DNA of 64,000 bases from an uncultured Nitrososphaeraceae archaeon (GCA_963765895.1 CAVXZB010000084.1:128001-192000), one strand, 5' to 3'. Counted from the stretch's first letter, positions 25,406-37,492 are shown. The notes: generated from the sequence alone by a model not told the origin. Program-made: numbers and translations.

Positions 25406-26390
25406 GTGGTTGGTAAGCTTTGTGTAATAGCAATAATGTCCCCGATAACTAAGCTGACCGTTGATTCACTTAAGGCTCATTATATCACAAAAGAAGGAAT
25501 TGTTAAGGCAGTAGATAGTGTCAGCTTTGAGATCAAGGGACATGAATCATTTGGGATAGCTGGCGAAACTGCATCTGGCAAAAGCACCCTTGGTTTAGCA
25601 CTTTTGAGATCATTACAACCACCCGGAAAGATCGTAGGGGGCAACATTATACTTCAAGGACAAAATATTTCCAATATGTCAGATGAAGAATTTAACAAGA
25701 CAATACGCTGGAAAAAAATCTGCGATGGTCTTTCAGGGCGCAATGAACACTTTAGATCCGGTTTATACAATTGGGAGTCAAATGAGTGAGATCATCAAGG
25801 AACACAGGGTCGACGTCGAACAGGAGTCACTAATCTCTAATTCATTAAAGCAAGTAGGTCTAGATCCATCGGTTTCGTCTAGATATCCCCACGAGTTGAG
25901 TGGTGGCATGAAACAGCGAGTTGTAATAGCAATGGCATTATTACTCGATCCAGATATAGTAATTGCAGATGAGCCGACTACTGCATTGGACGTGCTAGTC
26001 CAGGCACAAATAATAGAACTGCTTAAAACACTTAGAAAAGAAAGAGGCTTGACTGTCATACTTATTACTCACGATCTAAATTTAATATTAGAATTTGCTG
26101 ACAAGATAGGAATAATGTATGCAGGTCAGTTGGTAGAATTTGGCAATTCGAATGACCTCTACCTTAACCCCAGACATCCTTATACCCAGGCCCTAATGGC
26201 TTCTATCCCCCGACTCCATTCAGTTCATAAAGACTTGCAATTTATTGCTGGAAGCTCTCCAAACATGCTGGAGCTACCCCCTGGATGTAGGTTTTTTTCA
26301 CGTTGTCCATTTGCCAAGGAATTATGTCGAGAAGATCCTCCTCAAATTAAACTAGAAAATGGATTTGTCCGATGCTGGCTTTATAAGTGA
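25406..26390 (+). CDS. Oligopeptide/dipeptide ABC transporter ATP-binding subunit (OppD/DppD-like); +1 frameshift near 25720
   Basis: Walker A GETASGKS, YPHELSGGMKQR, IADEPTTALD, HPYT and the C-terminal GCRF..RC Cys motif. Confidence 0.9.
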
Positions 26391-26520
26391 ATATGAGAAC
26401 ATGACTTTTCTAGTTTGTAGACTATAGGCGATGTTTTTTTGATTATTGGTAACGGTAGAAATCTAATTTAAATATCACAGTTGCCATATTGAATCTGTCT
26501 ACATATAAGTGAATTAGGGA

Positions 26521-27765
26521 TTGATGCAAAAGGGAGCTCTGAATGTTCATAGGATTAGGAAGGATTTTCCAATACTTGGTCGAAAAATTAGAGACAAGCC
26601 ATTGGTATACTTTGATAACGCTGCGACAACGCAAAAGCCGTTGTCTGTAATTGATGCAATTCGAGACTACTATATGAATTATAACTCAAATATTCATAGG
26701 GCAGTGCATCAGATGGCAGAAGAGGCAACGCATGCGTACGAAACAACGCGCCAAAAAGTTGCGAGATTTATTAATTCTCGTTCTACTGATGAGATAATAT
26801 TTACTCGAAACGCTACTGAAGCTATAAACCTCGTGTCACATGCTTGGGGCCAGGATAATATTCGCAGAGACGACAGGATCGTAATAACAGAACTAGAACA
26901 TCATAGTAATATAGTCCCGTGGCAGATCCTGTGTAATCAGACTAGAGCTTCTTTGGATTATATTGAAGTTGACAGCGGCGGATGTTTGGACATGGATTCC
27001 TGTGAGAAAACCCTGCAAAATAGGAAAACTAGATTGATTTCAATTAGCGAGGTATCAAATGTGCTCGGAACGATAGTACCTATTAGAGAGATCGTCAAGA
27101 AGGCTCATGCCAAAGATATACCCGTGCTGGTTGATGCAGCTCAGTCAGTACCCCATATGCCAGTCGATGTTCAGGCTACAGATTGTGATTTTATGGTTTT
27201 CTCCGCCCATAAAATGTTAGGGCCTACCGGAGTAGGAATCTTATATGTCAAGAAGGAGATCCTCGAAAAGCTTCAGCCGTTTATTAGCGGAGGAGATATG
27301 ATTAAAGAAGTTCACAAATACGAGACTGTATATAACGACCTTCCGTACAAGTTCGAGGCAGGCACACCAAATATTGCCGATGTGATTGGGTTTGGAGCCG
27401 CTATGGATTACTTGAACCGTTTAGGAATGGACAAGGTTAGAGATCATGAAATTGAGTTAACTAAATATGCCATGGATGCCATGAAGGATATTAGAGGAAT
27501 GACATTATATGGCCCACTTGATGCCAAAAATAAAGGCGGAGTGATCTCATTTAATTTGGGTGATATCCATCCGCATGACCTTGCTACTATTTTAAATGAC
27601 CACGGCATTGCAATTAGATCTGGTCATCATTGTGCACAAGTTTTGATGGAGAAATTTGACCTTTCAGCGACGTCTAGGGCAAGCTTTTATATTTACAATA
27701 CTATAGAAGAGGTGGAAAAATTCATAAATGCGCTTAATGACGCTAGGAGATTGTTTGGAATTTGA
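26521..27765 (+). CDS. sufS: Cysteine desulfurase, SufS type
   Basis: YFDNAATTQKP, EHHSN, FSAHKMLGP and RSGHHCA. Confidence 0.95.
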   Translation: MMQKGALNVHRIRKDFPILGRKIRDKPLVYFDNAATTQKPLSVIDAIRDYYMNYNSNIHRAVHQMAEEATHAYETTRQKVARFINSRSTDEIIFTRNATEAINLVSHAWGQDNIRRDDRIVITELEHHSNIVPWQILCNQTRASLDYIEVDSGGCLDMDSCEKTLQNRKTRLISISEVSNVLGTIVPIREIVKKAHAKDIPVLVDAAQSVPHMPVDVQATDCDFMVFSAHKMLGPTGVGILYVKKEILEKLQPFISGGDMIKEVHKYETVYNDLPYKFEAGTPNIADVIGFGAAMDYLNRLGMDKVRDHEIELTKYAMDAMKDIRGMTLYGPLDAKNKGGVISFNLGDIHPHDLATILNDHGIAIRSGHHCAQVLMEKFDLSATSRASFYIYNTIEEVEKFINALNDARRLFGI

Positions 27766-28190
27766 GTGAAGATATTTATAGAGAGATTATACTCGACCAT
27801 TACAGAAACCCTAGAAACAAAGGTAGTCTACCTAATGCTGACATAAGCATACATGATAGTAACCCACTATGCGGAGATGAAATCGACATTCATCTTAAGG
27901 TAGAGGAAGATATGATAAAGGATATCAAATTTGAAGGTAGAGGATGCGCGATAAGTCAGGCAAGTGCATCTATGCTAACGGAACAAGTGCTCAATAAGCC
28001 ACTGAATGCTGTTAAGGACATAGCCAAGGAAGATATATTGGAAAATATTGGATTAATGAACTTAGGTCCTGCACGGATAAAATGTGCACTTCTTTCGCTC
28101 AAGGTTCTAAAACTGGGTATGGTGAAGTACTATGCAGATAGAGATCCCGGATCCGCAAAAAAGATCCAAGACGAGTCCAAACTGTATTGA
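27762..28190 (+). CDS. sufU: SufU/IscU-like Fe-S scaffold
   Basis: ILDHY..PRN, NPLCGD, GCAISQAS and RIKCA. Confidence 0.92.
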   Translation: MSEDIYREIILDHYRNPRNKGSLPNADISIHDSNPLCGDEIDIHLKVEEDMIKDIKFEGRGCAISQASASMLTEQVLNKPLNAVKDIAKEDILENIGLMNLGPARIKCALLSLKVLKLGMVKYYADRDPGSAKKIQDESKLY

Positions 28191-28550
28191 ATTCAGGAAT
28201 CTAGAAAGCTAATGGATTTTCAAAAACAACCTTCAAGGGATAAGGATATTGAGATGCAGGACACACGAAATTCGGGCACGGTCTATGGAAGTTATAATCC
28301 ACATTCATACTAGTTAAAAGTAGGCACATTGCCACAAAATTATTCGTAACCTACATCTAATTTTAATCGCGTGTTCTAGCAATCGGACATCAAAAACTTA
28401 CTTATGGGATTACAGTCTTGCATATCTACTATTATCTTCTAATTAGATCTTGACTATTGTGAAATAACAAACATAAGAAAGTCTTACTAACGTCGATTTT
28501 TCAATAATCAAAACAAATAAAGCAAATGAAGGGAAGTAGTCTTAAATCCG

Positions 28551-29264
28551 GTGCCAAAAATGAAATTTACGCCTTGGCTACTTAATCTTCGCTCTCCAGA
28601 ATTTGCGGCTTTAATTATCTGTTTTGTCATATTCAGTATTTTAGTAGATAGAGGTGTCATGTCAACAATTGACGGCATCATCGCCCATTATTTTAGAACG
28701 TTAGAAGGCAACCCGGGAGTTGATCAATTAATGATAGGCATAGCATCTTTGGGAGACATTTTTTCTTTAGTTTTGATAGCCATAGTACTCACAATAGTCA
28801 GACGTACACGTAAGGCAGGTATGGTTTTTCTGATGGCAATCGTGATCATTTCTATATCAACGATGTACCTAAAAACCATTTTTGAAAGACTCTCTCCTAC
28901 ATATACGTACAAACCAGTTATCTACATTCCTAAACATTTTTCGATAGAAGAAGATAGCTTTGCACCATCAGCGCGGGATTTTTCATATCCTTCCAATCAT
29001 GTAGCAGCGACTACGGCATTGGCCTTTATCGTTGGATTTATAATTTCTAGGCGATCAACGATAGCAGGTCTTTTAATCTGGCTATTTCCTATAATTAATA
29101 GTATTGCTAGACTATATCTGATGCAGCATTACCTATCTGATACCATTGGCGGATTCTTATGGGGGCTAATTATTTGTTTGATTTTAGCAAATCTTCTGAA
29201 ATTGAATCAGCCCTTTCTTATGTCTAGATTCAAAAGTAAGGAAGACGTAACAAAGAATTTGTAA
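28551..29264 (+). CDS. PAP2-family membrane phosphatase
   Basis: K....R, YPSNH and RLYLMQHYLSD motifs; multiple TM helices. Confidence 0.88.
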   Translation: MPKMKFTPWLLNLRSPEFAALIICFVIFSILVDRGVMSTIDGIIAHYFRTLEGNPGVDQLMIGIASLGDIFSLVLIAIVLTIVRRTRKAGMVFLMAIVIISISTMYLKTIFERLSPTYTYKPVIYIPKHFSIEEDSFAPSARDFSYPSNHVAATTALAFIVGFIISRRSTIAGLLIWLFPIINSIARLYLMQHYLSDTIGGFLWGLIICLILANLLKLNQPFLMSRFKSKEDVTKNL

Positions 29265-29318
29265 GTCACGTCACAAGACCGGTCGTTATTAACGTCTTGT
29301 CTGGTAAGGTTAAATAAT

Positions 29319-29840
29319 TTGTTCTGTCATAAGCTCATTAATTTGCAATCAACCCTCAGGAGAGTACGGGAATATTTAATCCGTCGTTGTGAAATGAAAG
29401 ATCTGGAAGCCGTAGTCACCGTTAACATCGATACCCTACCTGAGCACTACTCTGATTACTTCTTTGAATCAACTCTAAGAGAGCTACCAGAGTCATTCAT
29501 TGTTGCAGAATTGGAAGGCAAGATAGTTGGATATATCATGTGTAAGATTGAGTACGGTTTTTCCAATTTCAGAAAACTAGGCTTTGTCAAGAAAGGACAT
29601 GTGGTTTCGGTGGCAGTATTAGAGGAACATCGTTCGAAGGGACTGGGTAAGGCGCTGATGCTTGAAGGCATAAATGGGATCATTAATCGAAGATGTGATG
29701 AGATTTATCTAGAAGTGCGACTCAGTAATAAGCCGGCTATAATAATGTACGAAAATCTCGGCTTTCAAACCAAATCCAAATTGCGCTCATACTATAGAGA
29801 TGGAGAAGATGCATTTCTGATGGCACTGGAATTTAATTGA
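29319..29840 (+). CDS. Ard1/RimI-type N-terminal acetyltransferase
   Basis: LPEHY, GHVVSVAV...RSKGLG, LEVR and YYRDGEDA. Confidence 0.92.
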   Translation: MFCHKLINLQSTLRRVREYLIRRCEMKDLEAVVTVNIDTLPEHYSDYFFESTLRELPESFIVAELEGKIVGYIMCKIEYGFSNFRKLGFVKKGHVVSVAVLEEHRSKGLGKALMLEGINGIINRRCDEIYLEVRLSNKPAIIMYENLGFQTKSKLRSYYRDGEDAFLMALEFN

Positions 29841-29869
29841 GGATAAGGTAGACAACTATCTAGTATTTC

Positions 29870-30085
29870 ATGAAGCCTAGTCCTACGCGCTCTAAGGTCA
29901 CTGGTATATCAATCCTAGGGACATCTATCATCGGCTTTATCATCTATCTATATTTGATCCTGGCTACTCAGTGGGATATCTTGCTTCTCAAAATTACCAT
30001 TATCGCTGCAGTTGGCGCGGTTGTATCTGTTGTAGCGTGGATAGGGTATACGATGACTACGACTCCCATTGCTGATAAAGAATAG
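29870..30085 (+). CDS. Small two-TM membrane protein
   Basis: Two hydrophobic helices and the WIGYTM.TTP motif seen in small archaeal membrane proteins. Confidence 0.7.
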   Translation: MKPSPTRSKVTGISILGTSIIGFIIYLYLILATQWDILLLKITIIAAVGAVVSVVAWIGYTMTTTPIADKE

Positions 30086-30088
30086 GTA

Positions 30089-30934
30089 TTATTTATGAAC
30101 GTAAATATCTGTCACAACTTGATACACTCTTGGTCCTACCTCTCTAACGACTCTACTAAATTGAACCTCGGTATCATAATTTGAAAAGGCAGATTTGACA
30201 TCAAGCAAGCTTTGTTCTAGGGCGTATTTTTTTCCTAAGGCTTTGACATGTGCAAAATAATGGATAATACCCCCGCGATCCTTAAGGGCCTCAACTGCAC
30301 AATCTACATACTCATGTGCTTTCTCTGGTAGTGGCATCAATACTCTATCCGACTGTAATCGGATTTCTTTAGAAATAATTTCTCTTGCATCGCCCAAGAT
30401 GGATACTACTCTTGACTCTACTCCGTTTAATTCAGAGTTATGATGACTTAGCTCTATAGCAGCAGGATTTATATCAATACTATAAACCTTGCAGCGACTG
30501 TGCATTCTAGCCATTATAATAGAAAATGTGCCTACGCCTGCGAACATGTTAGTTACTACCTCATTATCGGAAACAAGATTAGCTACTCTTAATCTCTCTG
30601 TAGACAACCTTGGTGAAAAGTATGTGTTGACAAGATCCACCTTAAACTTGCATCCATGTTCCTTATACTCTACAAGAGTATCATTTTCTCCTGCAATATG
30701 TTCCAGGCCACGTAGCCGATAATCTCCTTTAACAGAAGAAACTTGCGCGAATACAGATTTCACTGATTTAATTTCGTCTAATATAATTTTTCCAATCAAA
30801 TTCTTTTTTGTGGCGAGAGCTTCGGGTATTTTAATAATCACGACACTTCCAATTATATCAAAAGAAGAATACATGGACGCTGCTTCTTCCGCTTCTAGAG
30901 TTTGACTTAGGATGGTCTTTAACATTCGAGCCAT
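30089..30934 (-). CDS. Trm5/Taw2 (Met-10+) family tRNA-modifying SAM-dependent transferase
   Basis: FDIIG, YFSPRL..ER, MFAGVG, DINP and RVLMPLP. Confidence 0.88.
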   Translation of the reverse strand: MARMLKTILSQTLEAEEAASMYSSFDIIGSVVIIKIPEALATKKNLIGKIILDEIKSVKSVFAQVSSVKGDYRLRGLEHIAGENDTLVEYKEHGCKFKVDLVNTYFSPRLSTERLRVANLVSDNEVVTNMFAGVGTFSIIMARMHSRCKVYSIDINPAAIELSHHNSELNGVESRVVSILGDAREIISKEIRLQSDRVLMPLPEKAHEYVDCAVEALKDRGGIIHYFAHVKALGKKYALEQSLLDVKSAFSNYDTEVQFSRVVREVGPRVYQVVTDIYVHK

Positions 30935-30945
30935 CGAGATAAAAT

Positions 30946-32756
30946 CTACCTACTCTTTATATAATAATAATTGCCTGATTCCTTTTGAGATCTATCTAAT
31001 CTACTATCATCTTTATTGACTCTTGGCCGACCCGTGCTTTCATCCCTTCGATAAGTTATAGACAACGCCTCGAGAAATCTGTTCATTCCTGTTTCCTTGG
31101 ATAGTGGCTGGCTAGCTTTGCCGCTGCGTCCTGGTACTCCTTCGAATATAATTAATGAATCTGCCATTAAATCAATTAGTTGAACATCATGATCTATTAT
31201 TATTGCAGACTTTTCATTTGCTCGGACATAGCGTTGAATGAATTTTGCAAGTGCAATCCTATCTTCTGCATCTAAGAATGCCGAAGGTTCGTCAAGAGCA
31301 TAGATATCAGCATTTCTTATGAGGCAAGGCAGCAACTGCTACTTTTTGTAATTCTCCTCCGCTGAGATTCTTTACTGATTTTTCATACAGCTTCTTTAGT
31401 CCTATGGGAGCCAGGATTTGTTCCTCGATAAGGGATCCCTCGATATCGTTCTCGTAAGCGATTGAAAGAATTGATTTAACTGACCCATTATACTCTTGGT
31501 TCAGATACTGCGGTTTATAGGAGATTTTTGCGCCAATTTGTAGATTGCCAGAATCGGGTTTATCAACTCCTGCTAACATTTTCATAAAAGTAGTTTTACC
31601 CAACGCGTTAGCGCCCACAATTCCAACTACTTCACCTTTTCTGACTTGCCCATTAGCGATCTTCAAACTAAAAGAAGGAAAGGTTTTGGATAGCATTGAA
31701 TATCGTGCAACCGGAAGATCAAGTACCATATCGTCCGTTGTTGTAGTCGTTTCGAATCGGAATGCTTTCTGTCTAAACCTTACGTTTTCGCTGGGAAGAA
31801 AGCCATCTAGGAAGTTATTAATGCCTAGTTTTGTGCTCTGGAGTACAGATGTTATGCCGTAAGCGCCTGGTTCTCCATAAAGGATATGTATATAATCGGA
31901 AAGGTAGTCCAGCAACGTAATATCGTGTTCTACGACCATAACACTCTTGCCTGAATTTGCAAGCTCTCGTATGACCCTAGCCACCGAAAGTCGCTGATAA
32001 ACATCATTATAAGAAGAAGGCTCATCGAAAAAATAGTAGTCTGATTCCTTACTAGCGGCTATTGCCACCGCTAATCTTTGTAGCTCTCCTCCACTTAGGT
32101 CAGCGACGTTTCGATCTAGGGCATATTTCAAATCTAAATCAGATACTAAGTTATCAAGGACATTGCGTTCATTGTACTTTTGTAAGAGATCTTTAGCTCT
32201 CCCCTTGAAAGCCTTTGGAATCATATAGACGCTTTGGGGTTTGATGGAGACGCGCAATTCGCCGCTCGCTATTTTTTCAAAATGAGACTTGAGTTCGGTT
32301 CCCTGGAATTTTTTTATAACTTCATCCCAGCTGATATTGTTATCATACTGTCCAAAATTTGGTTTCATGTTTCCAGCTAAAATATCGACAATGGTTGTCT
32401 TTCCCATTCCATTCCTTCCAAGAAGGCCTACGACTGAACCTTTTCTTAACGATGGGAGACGATATAATCTAAAGGTATTCATTCCAAACTGATGGATTTT
32501 ATCCTCGCCTAGTTCCTTTGCAAGATTAACGATCACTATTGCATCAAAAGGACATTTTTTGATACATATACCGCAGCCAGTACACAATTCTTCTGAAATA
32601 ACCGCCTTGCCATCCTCTGGATTTTGTGACTATACACTCTCCACCAGTCTTGTTTACTGGACAATAAATAATGCATTCTAAGCCACACTTCTTTGGCTGG
32701 CATAGTTCTTGATCAAGGACAGCTACTCGGTGTGTGGATGATTTTAAATCTTCCAA
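30946..32756 (-). CDS. Ribosome recycling ATPase ABCE1/Rli1; split by two +1 frameshifts (about 32628 and 31326)
   Basis: N-terminal Fe-S cysteines CQPKKC..C..YCP and CTGCGIC..CP, two Walker A motifs (GRNGMGKT, GANALGKT), LSGGELQ twice, and GRPRVNK. Confidence 0.95.
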
Positions 32757-33034
32757 CTATGGTAAATGCACATTTGTACATTATATTCGTTCTGTACAGA
32801 TAATTATATATATTAGTTATTAGGACCGTAAATATTCTAACTTTATCAGGTTGGATTTATACATTTGTCAGAGTTTCAACGATATTAATAAATAGTTCAA
32901 AGTTTGAGGCTGTAAATAAAATGACGTCGGCCACTTATAGACAGGATACAGACTTTTTAAGGTAAAATCTTGTCTGGTCTGTTATAAATTGCAGGCCATA
33001 AGGTTAAATTGCCCTTTGTCGTCCTCCATGTTAA

Positions 33035-33150
33035 GCCGGCCATAGCAAGAGGGAGCGACCCGGACCCATTCCGAACCCGGAAGTCAAACCTTTTGTCGCT
33101 GCTGTGTTACTTACCTGCGTGAGCGGTTGGGAATCAGCAGTGCTGGCATT
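33035..33150 (+). rRNA. rrf: 5S rRNA (unlinked from 16S-23S)
   Basis: GGCCATAGC...CCCATTCCGAACCCGGAAGTCAAACC; termini GCCGGC/GCTGGC pair; AT-rich box about 25 nt upstream and a pyrimidine tract downstream. Confidence 0.95.
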
Positions 33151-33266
33151 TCTACTTTCCAAAGGTTATAGGTTATTGTTAATATTTTAAATAAACAAGA
33201 TAATAGTAGTGTCTGGCTTTTTCGACCAAGCTAATCACATGATTTGGTCGATCGATCGAGTACAAT

Positions 33267-33821
33267 TTAAATGGTCTCTCCTAGATGGATTTGCCCAGTT
33301 AGTTTTTTGATATTCAATGCTATTCTATCTAATATATTGAATATAGATGTCAATTCGTGATATTCCCATATTCGAGTCTGAATAATACACGCAAAGTTGG
33401 CTACCCTGACAGAAATCCTTCGTGTCTGCTCTTCCATAATGCTTTTTCGAATAAATTCACTTAGAATCTGATCCCTTGAGAGAATGTCAGCAAGTACTCC
33501 TCCACTCCATCCCAGTGACTCTAGTACTCCATTTCGCAACGTGAAGAAAGGACTAGCTTGAAAGAGTGTATAAGAATTATCGTCGTTTTCACTGACGAAT
33601 TCATTTTCGATCAAACAGTGGACATCGAAGAATGCTCCCATTCGCATCACCTCTTCAATTCCAATATAGTCAATATTCGTAGCAATAAGTCTAATAAAAC
33701 CATCCCTGTTTGATAACCATCTCTCGAAATATGATCGTCTTTCTGGTACGACATCATGGTTAATATCGCCTAGCCTGCAAATAATTCCTAACTCTGCCAA
33801 TTCCCGTACAAGGCCACCCAT
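33267..33821 (-). CDS. Hypothetical protein
   Basis: 184-aa ORF with no recognised motif. Confidence 0.65.
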   Translation of the reverse strand: MGGLVRELAELGIICRLGDINHDVVPERRSYFERWLSNRDGFIRLIATNIDYIGIEEVMRMGAFFDVHCLIENEFVSENDDNSYTLFQASPFFTLRNGVLESLGWSGGVLADILSRDQILSEFIRKSIMEEQTRRISVRVANFACIIQTRIWEYHELTSIFNILDRIALNIKKLTGQIHLGETI

Positions 33822-34071
33822 TGAAAATAATGGAAATTCAGATCACCTCTGAGATTACAGGATATTTTGATATAACGCTATATAATAAAGATATATCTTA
33901 GTCTAATTTAGTATTATCAGCAAGAATAGGAATCCACTGTCTTCCAGAACGCGACTTCCGTTGTATACCAACTAACGTCTTAATACCATATCTTTAGTCT
34001 TGGGTCTAGTAAAGATTAAATAAAATTTCTATATTGCAACTTCGTTTTTTAGTAAAAAATTAAGGACCCAT

Positions 34072-35568
34072 TTAATTCTTGGTTGATCCAGCTTCTCGCA
34101 AAAATTTTACCAGTGTTCTGACTCCGTATCCTGTTGCGCCCTTAGGAATATAACTCCTCTCATAGGTTCCGTCCTGTGTCCACGCGGTTCCTGCGATATC
34201 TAGGTGAATCCACGGTTTTTCTGCAACAAAATTAGCCAAAAATGCCGCGGCTGTGATTGCCCCTCCTTGTCTTCCTCCTATATTCTTGATATCTGCTACA
34301 TTGCTTTTAATTTGATCATGAAATTCTTCGTATAATGGGAGCTCCCATAATTTTTCACCAGTTTTTTCCGAAGCCTTCTTCAATTTATCCATAAATGATG
34401 TATTATTGCTTATTGCCGCCGCAACATTCGCTCCCAATGCAATTATCGCCGCGCCAGTCAAGGTTGCGACATCAATAATTGCTTTAGGATCATATGTTCT
34501 TATTCCAAATGCTAAACTGTCAGCCAGGATAATTCTACCCTCAGCGTCGGTATTAGCCACCTCAACAGTTATTCCATTGTACATTCTGATTATATCCCCA
34601 GGTCTGTAGGAACTACCAGATGGCATATTTTCTACCGAAGGCACTATGGCGACGATGTTAAGGGGCAGATGTAATGCCGCAGCAGCCCTAATAACAGCCA
34701 GTACACAACACCCTCCGCATTTATCAAATTTCATTTCATCCATCTTCTCTCCGGGTTTCAAGGATATCCCACCAGTATCGAAAGTGACAGCTTTACCTAC
34801 AAAGAGATAAGGTTTATTGTTTTCAGACGCACCGTGATATTCTAAGATTATAAGCTTTGGTTGATTGTTGCTTCCCTTTCCTACCGAAATAATACCATTT
34901 AGGCCTAGCGATTCCATTTCATAGCGCTCGATCACTCTAACCTTTAAGTTGTATTCATTTGCCAAGGCCATAGATACTCTTGCCAATTCCGCCGGAGGAC
35001 AGTCATTAGGAGGAAGATTACACAAATCACGTGAAAAGGTCACCGCATTAACTATCAAAGTTGATTTATCAAATACTGCTTGGATGCTGGGATCCTCTAT
35101 ATCAACTAGTATTGTTACATCGCTTAGTTCGGGCAATTTGCTAGATACAGATTTGTAATTACTAAATTTGTACGTGGACAAACAAATACCTTCGAAAATT
35201 GCTTCGGCAAGGTCTTCATCGAGCACAGAAAACGGCACAAGACTGAATTCCCCTAGTCCAAGTTCCTGAACCCTGAGAGATATCTTTCCAGCAACAATTC
35301 TTGCATATTCCTTCGAATATTTTTCTTTTTTGCCAAGTCCTGTTAGCATGATTCTTTTAGGCCCAGTTTTCCCAAAAGTAGGTAACAAATAATTAGACCC
35401 GAAGGTACCAGTAAATTCACCATTTTCAACAACCTCCTTTATTACAGATGATAAATCGTTTCCCAATGTCTTGAACAGCAATTCTGGTTCTCCTTCAAAA
35501 AGGCCCAATACCAGAAGTTGGGTTTGTTTAGTGCTAGGCTTGATTTTTTCGAGTTTGATTTGGACCAT
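34072..35568 (-). CDS. pepA: Leucyl aminopeptidase (M17)
   Basis: VGKAVTFDTGG, MKFDKCG, NTDAEGR and HLDIAG. Confidence 0.96.
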   Translation of the reverse strand: MVQIKLEKIKPSTKQTQLLVLGLFEGEPELLFKTLGNDLSSVIKEVVENGEFTGTFGSNYLLPTFGKTGPKRIMLTGLGKKEKYSKEYARIVAGKISLRVQELGLGEFSLVPFSVLDEDLAEAIFEGICLSTYKFSNYKSVSSKLPELSDVTILVDIEDPSIQAVFDKSTLIVNAVTFSRDLCNLPPNDCPPAELARVSMALANEYNLKVRVIERYEMESLGLNGIISVGKGSNNQPKLIILEYHGASENNKPYLFVGKAVTFDTGGISLKPGEKMDEMKFDKCGGCCVLAVIRAAAALHLPLNIVAIVPSVENMPSGSSYRPGDIIRMYNGITVEVANTDAEGRIILADSLAFGIRTYDPKAIIDVATLTGAAIIALGANVAAAISNNTSFMDKLKKASEKTGEKLWELPLYEEFHDQIKSNVADIKNIGGRQGGAITAAAFLANFVAEKPWIHLDIAGTAWTQDGTYERSYIPKGATGYGVRTLVKFLREAGSTKN

Positions 35569-35809
35569 AAGATGATGGTTGTTTGTATACTTTATTTTAA
35601 ACTATTCTACATAGACAAATTCCACTGTGCAAGTGACATTTATTAGTATATTGTTCGTGAATATTCCGGTTAATTATTGGTTCGGAGTAAAAAGCAAAGC
35701 TTATGCAAATTCAACCAACATGACTAGTAGCAGACCTAATTATCGTCGATCACTTAGTGGCCTCTAGGATCCAGCCATATCTTTTTATCTTGCATATTGC
35801 GGCATTTTA

Positions 35810-37492
35810 GTGTATGCAATCAGAGAAAATGCTAGGCAGGTATGTTATGCAATGGGCCTGAAGATGCGTTATCTTAATTTGAAGCAAAAAATTCGTGAAG
35901 TCCGCATGTTGGCGATCCGGGGTATAGCAGAAGCTGGATCCGGTCATCCAGGTGCATCATTTTCTGCGGCTGAAATTATGGGTGGACTTTATTTTAGAAA
36001 AATGAAACATGATCCTCTAAAACCACATTGGCATGAGAGGGACTATTTTGTAAATTCTAAAGCTCATTCTGCTCCAGGATTCTTTGCTACTCTTGCTGTT
36101 TCTGGATATTTTCCCATCAGCGAAATGGATACCCTGCGTAAATTTGGTGCTAGGTTACAAGGACATCCCGTAAGATATTCAAAAGAGCAAGAAAAGCATA
36201 GTGTTCCAGGCATCGAGTACTCTGGAGGTTCGGAAGGGATTGGCCTGTCGGTATCTTTGGGGATCGCCTTAGCAACGAGACTTGACGGGAAGAAAAATCA
36301 TATATTTACTCTTATTGGTGATGGAGAATCTAATGAGGGTCAGGTATGGGAAGCAGCCATGGCTGCTTCAAAATTCAAGCTGGACAACATAACTGCCATT
36401 CTTGATCGGAATAGAATACAGCAAGACGGATTTACTGAAGATATAATGCCTCTCGACCCAGTTCGTGATAAGTGGATAGCGTTTAATTGGAACGTCGTGG
36501 AGATAGACGGCCACAAAGTTGAACAGCTTATTGAAGCCATCAACAAAGCCTACGAAGTTAAAGATAAGCCTACTATCATCATCGCGAATACCATCAAGGG
36601 TTATGGAATCAAGCATATGACCAACAATCCACAGTGGCATGGAAAGGCGCCTCCGAAGAAGCATATTCCAATTCTCCTTCAAGAGCTACAAAGTGAATTT
36701 CTGATCGCTCCATCTATTATCGCTGGCAAGCGTGAAAACTATGAAGAAAAAATTAGAATTGCAGAACGTTGTGGTGCAGATATGATCCACCTTGATGTGA
36801 TGGATGGTAAATTTGTGCCCAACACTACATTCTTCGCAGACACCATCCGAAAACTGAGGCCTCTTACTAACTTGCCTTTTGATGTTCATCTCATGATTGA
36901 AGATCCGCTCGAACATATCCAAGAATATATAGATGCTCGATGCGATATCGTTACAGTACACGCTGAGGTATGTACCGAAGACTCCTTTTCTGTAATTACG
37001 TCCGAATTGCTCAAGAATGGAATTAGTCCTGGTATTGCAATAAACCCATCAACAAACATCCCGAGTTGGCTATATCACCATCTATCAAAGATAGATGTAA
37101 TTATTGTGATGTCTGTAAATCCAGGCTCTGCTGGTCAGAAATTCATACCAGAAATATTACCCAAAATGAGAACGATAGGTCAGGACCTGCGAGAACATAA
37201 TTTTGTTGGTTATCTGGAAGCTGACGGGGGGATCGACGCTATGACGCTCAGGGAGGTCTATGGTGCTGGAGCCAGAATAATGGTTGCAGGTAGCGCTGTC
37301 TATGGTAGCTCTGATATTAATGGCGCGATCATCCAGTTAAAACATACAGCAAACGTCGCATTAGAAAGAACTCTATTGGAAAATGCAAGTCAGATTGGGA
37401 CCAGATTGGACTGGATAAAGGCACGTAAACATATATTGATTCCCTTTGCAAGTGAATTAGGAATAGAGGAGGAAATTCATGCTATTAAGTAA
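35810..37492 (+). CDS. Fusion of transketolase N-terminal (TPP-binding) subunit and ribulose-phosphate 3-epimerase
   Basis: SGHPG, LQGHP, GDGE..EG and WHGKAP, then IAPSI, HLDVMDG.FVPN, DVHLM, MSVNPG and EADGG. Confidence 0.93.
   Translation: MYAIRENARQVCYAMGLKMRYLNLKQKIREVRMLAIRGIAEAGSGHPGASFSAAEIMGGLYFRKMKHDPLKPHWHERDYFVNSKAHSAPGFFATLAVSGYFPISEMDTLRKFGARLQGHPVRYSKEQEKHSVPGIEYSGGSEGIGLSVSLGIALATRLDGKKNHIFTLIGDGESNEGQVWEAAMAASKFKLDNITAILDRNRIQQDGFTEDIMPLDPVRDKWIAFNWNVVEIDGHKVEQLIEAINKAYEVKDKPTIIIANTIKGYGIKHMTNNPQWHGKAPPKKHIPILLQELQSEFLIAPSIIAGKRENYEEKIRIAERCGADMIHLDVMDGKFVPNTTFFADTIRKLRPLTNLPFDVHLMIEDPLEHIQEYIDARCDIVTVHAEVCTEDSFSVITSELLKNGISPGIAINPSTNIPSWLYHHLSKIDVIIVMSVNPGSAGQKFIPEILPKMRTIGQDLREHNFVGYLEADGGIDAMTLREVYGAGARIMVAGSAVYGSSDINGAIIQLKHTANVALERTLLENASQIGTRLDWIKARKHILIPFASELGIEEEIHAIK

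Noticed and set aside
28191-28550. Short ORFs (33-42 aa) in the sufU-PAP2 gap
   Set aside because: No recognisable motif or convincing promoter spacing.
33035-33150. 5S rRNA separated from the 16S-23S operon
   Set aside because: This is the normal arrangement in Thaumarchaeota and Crenarchaeota, so it is not novel.
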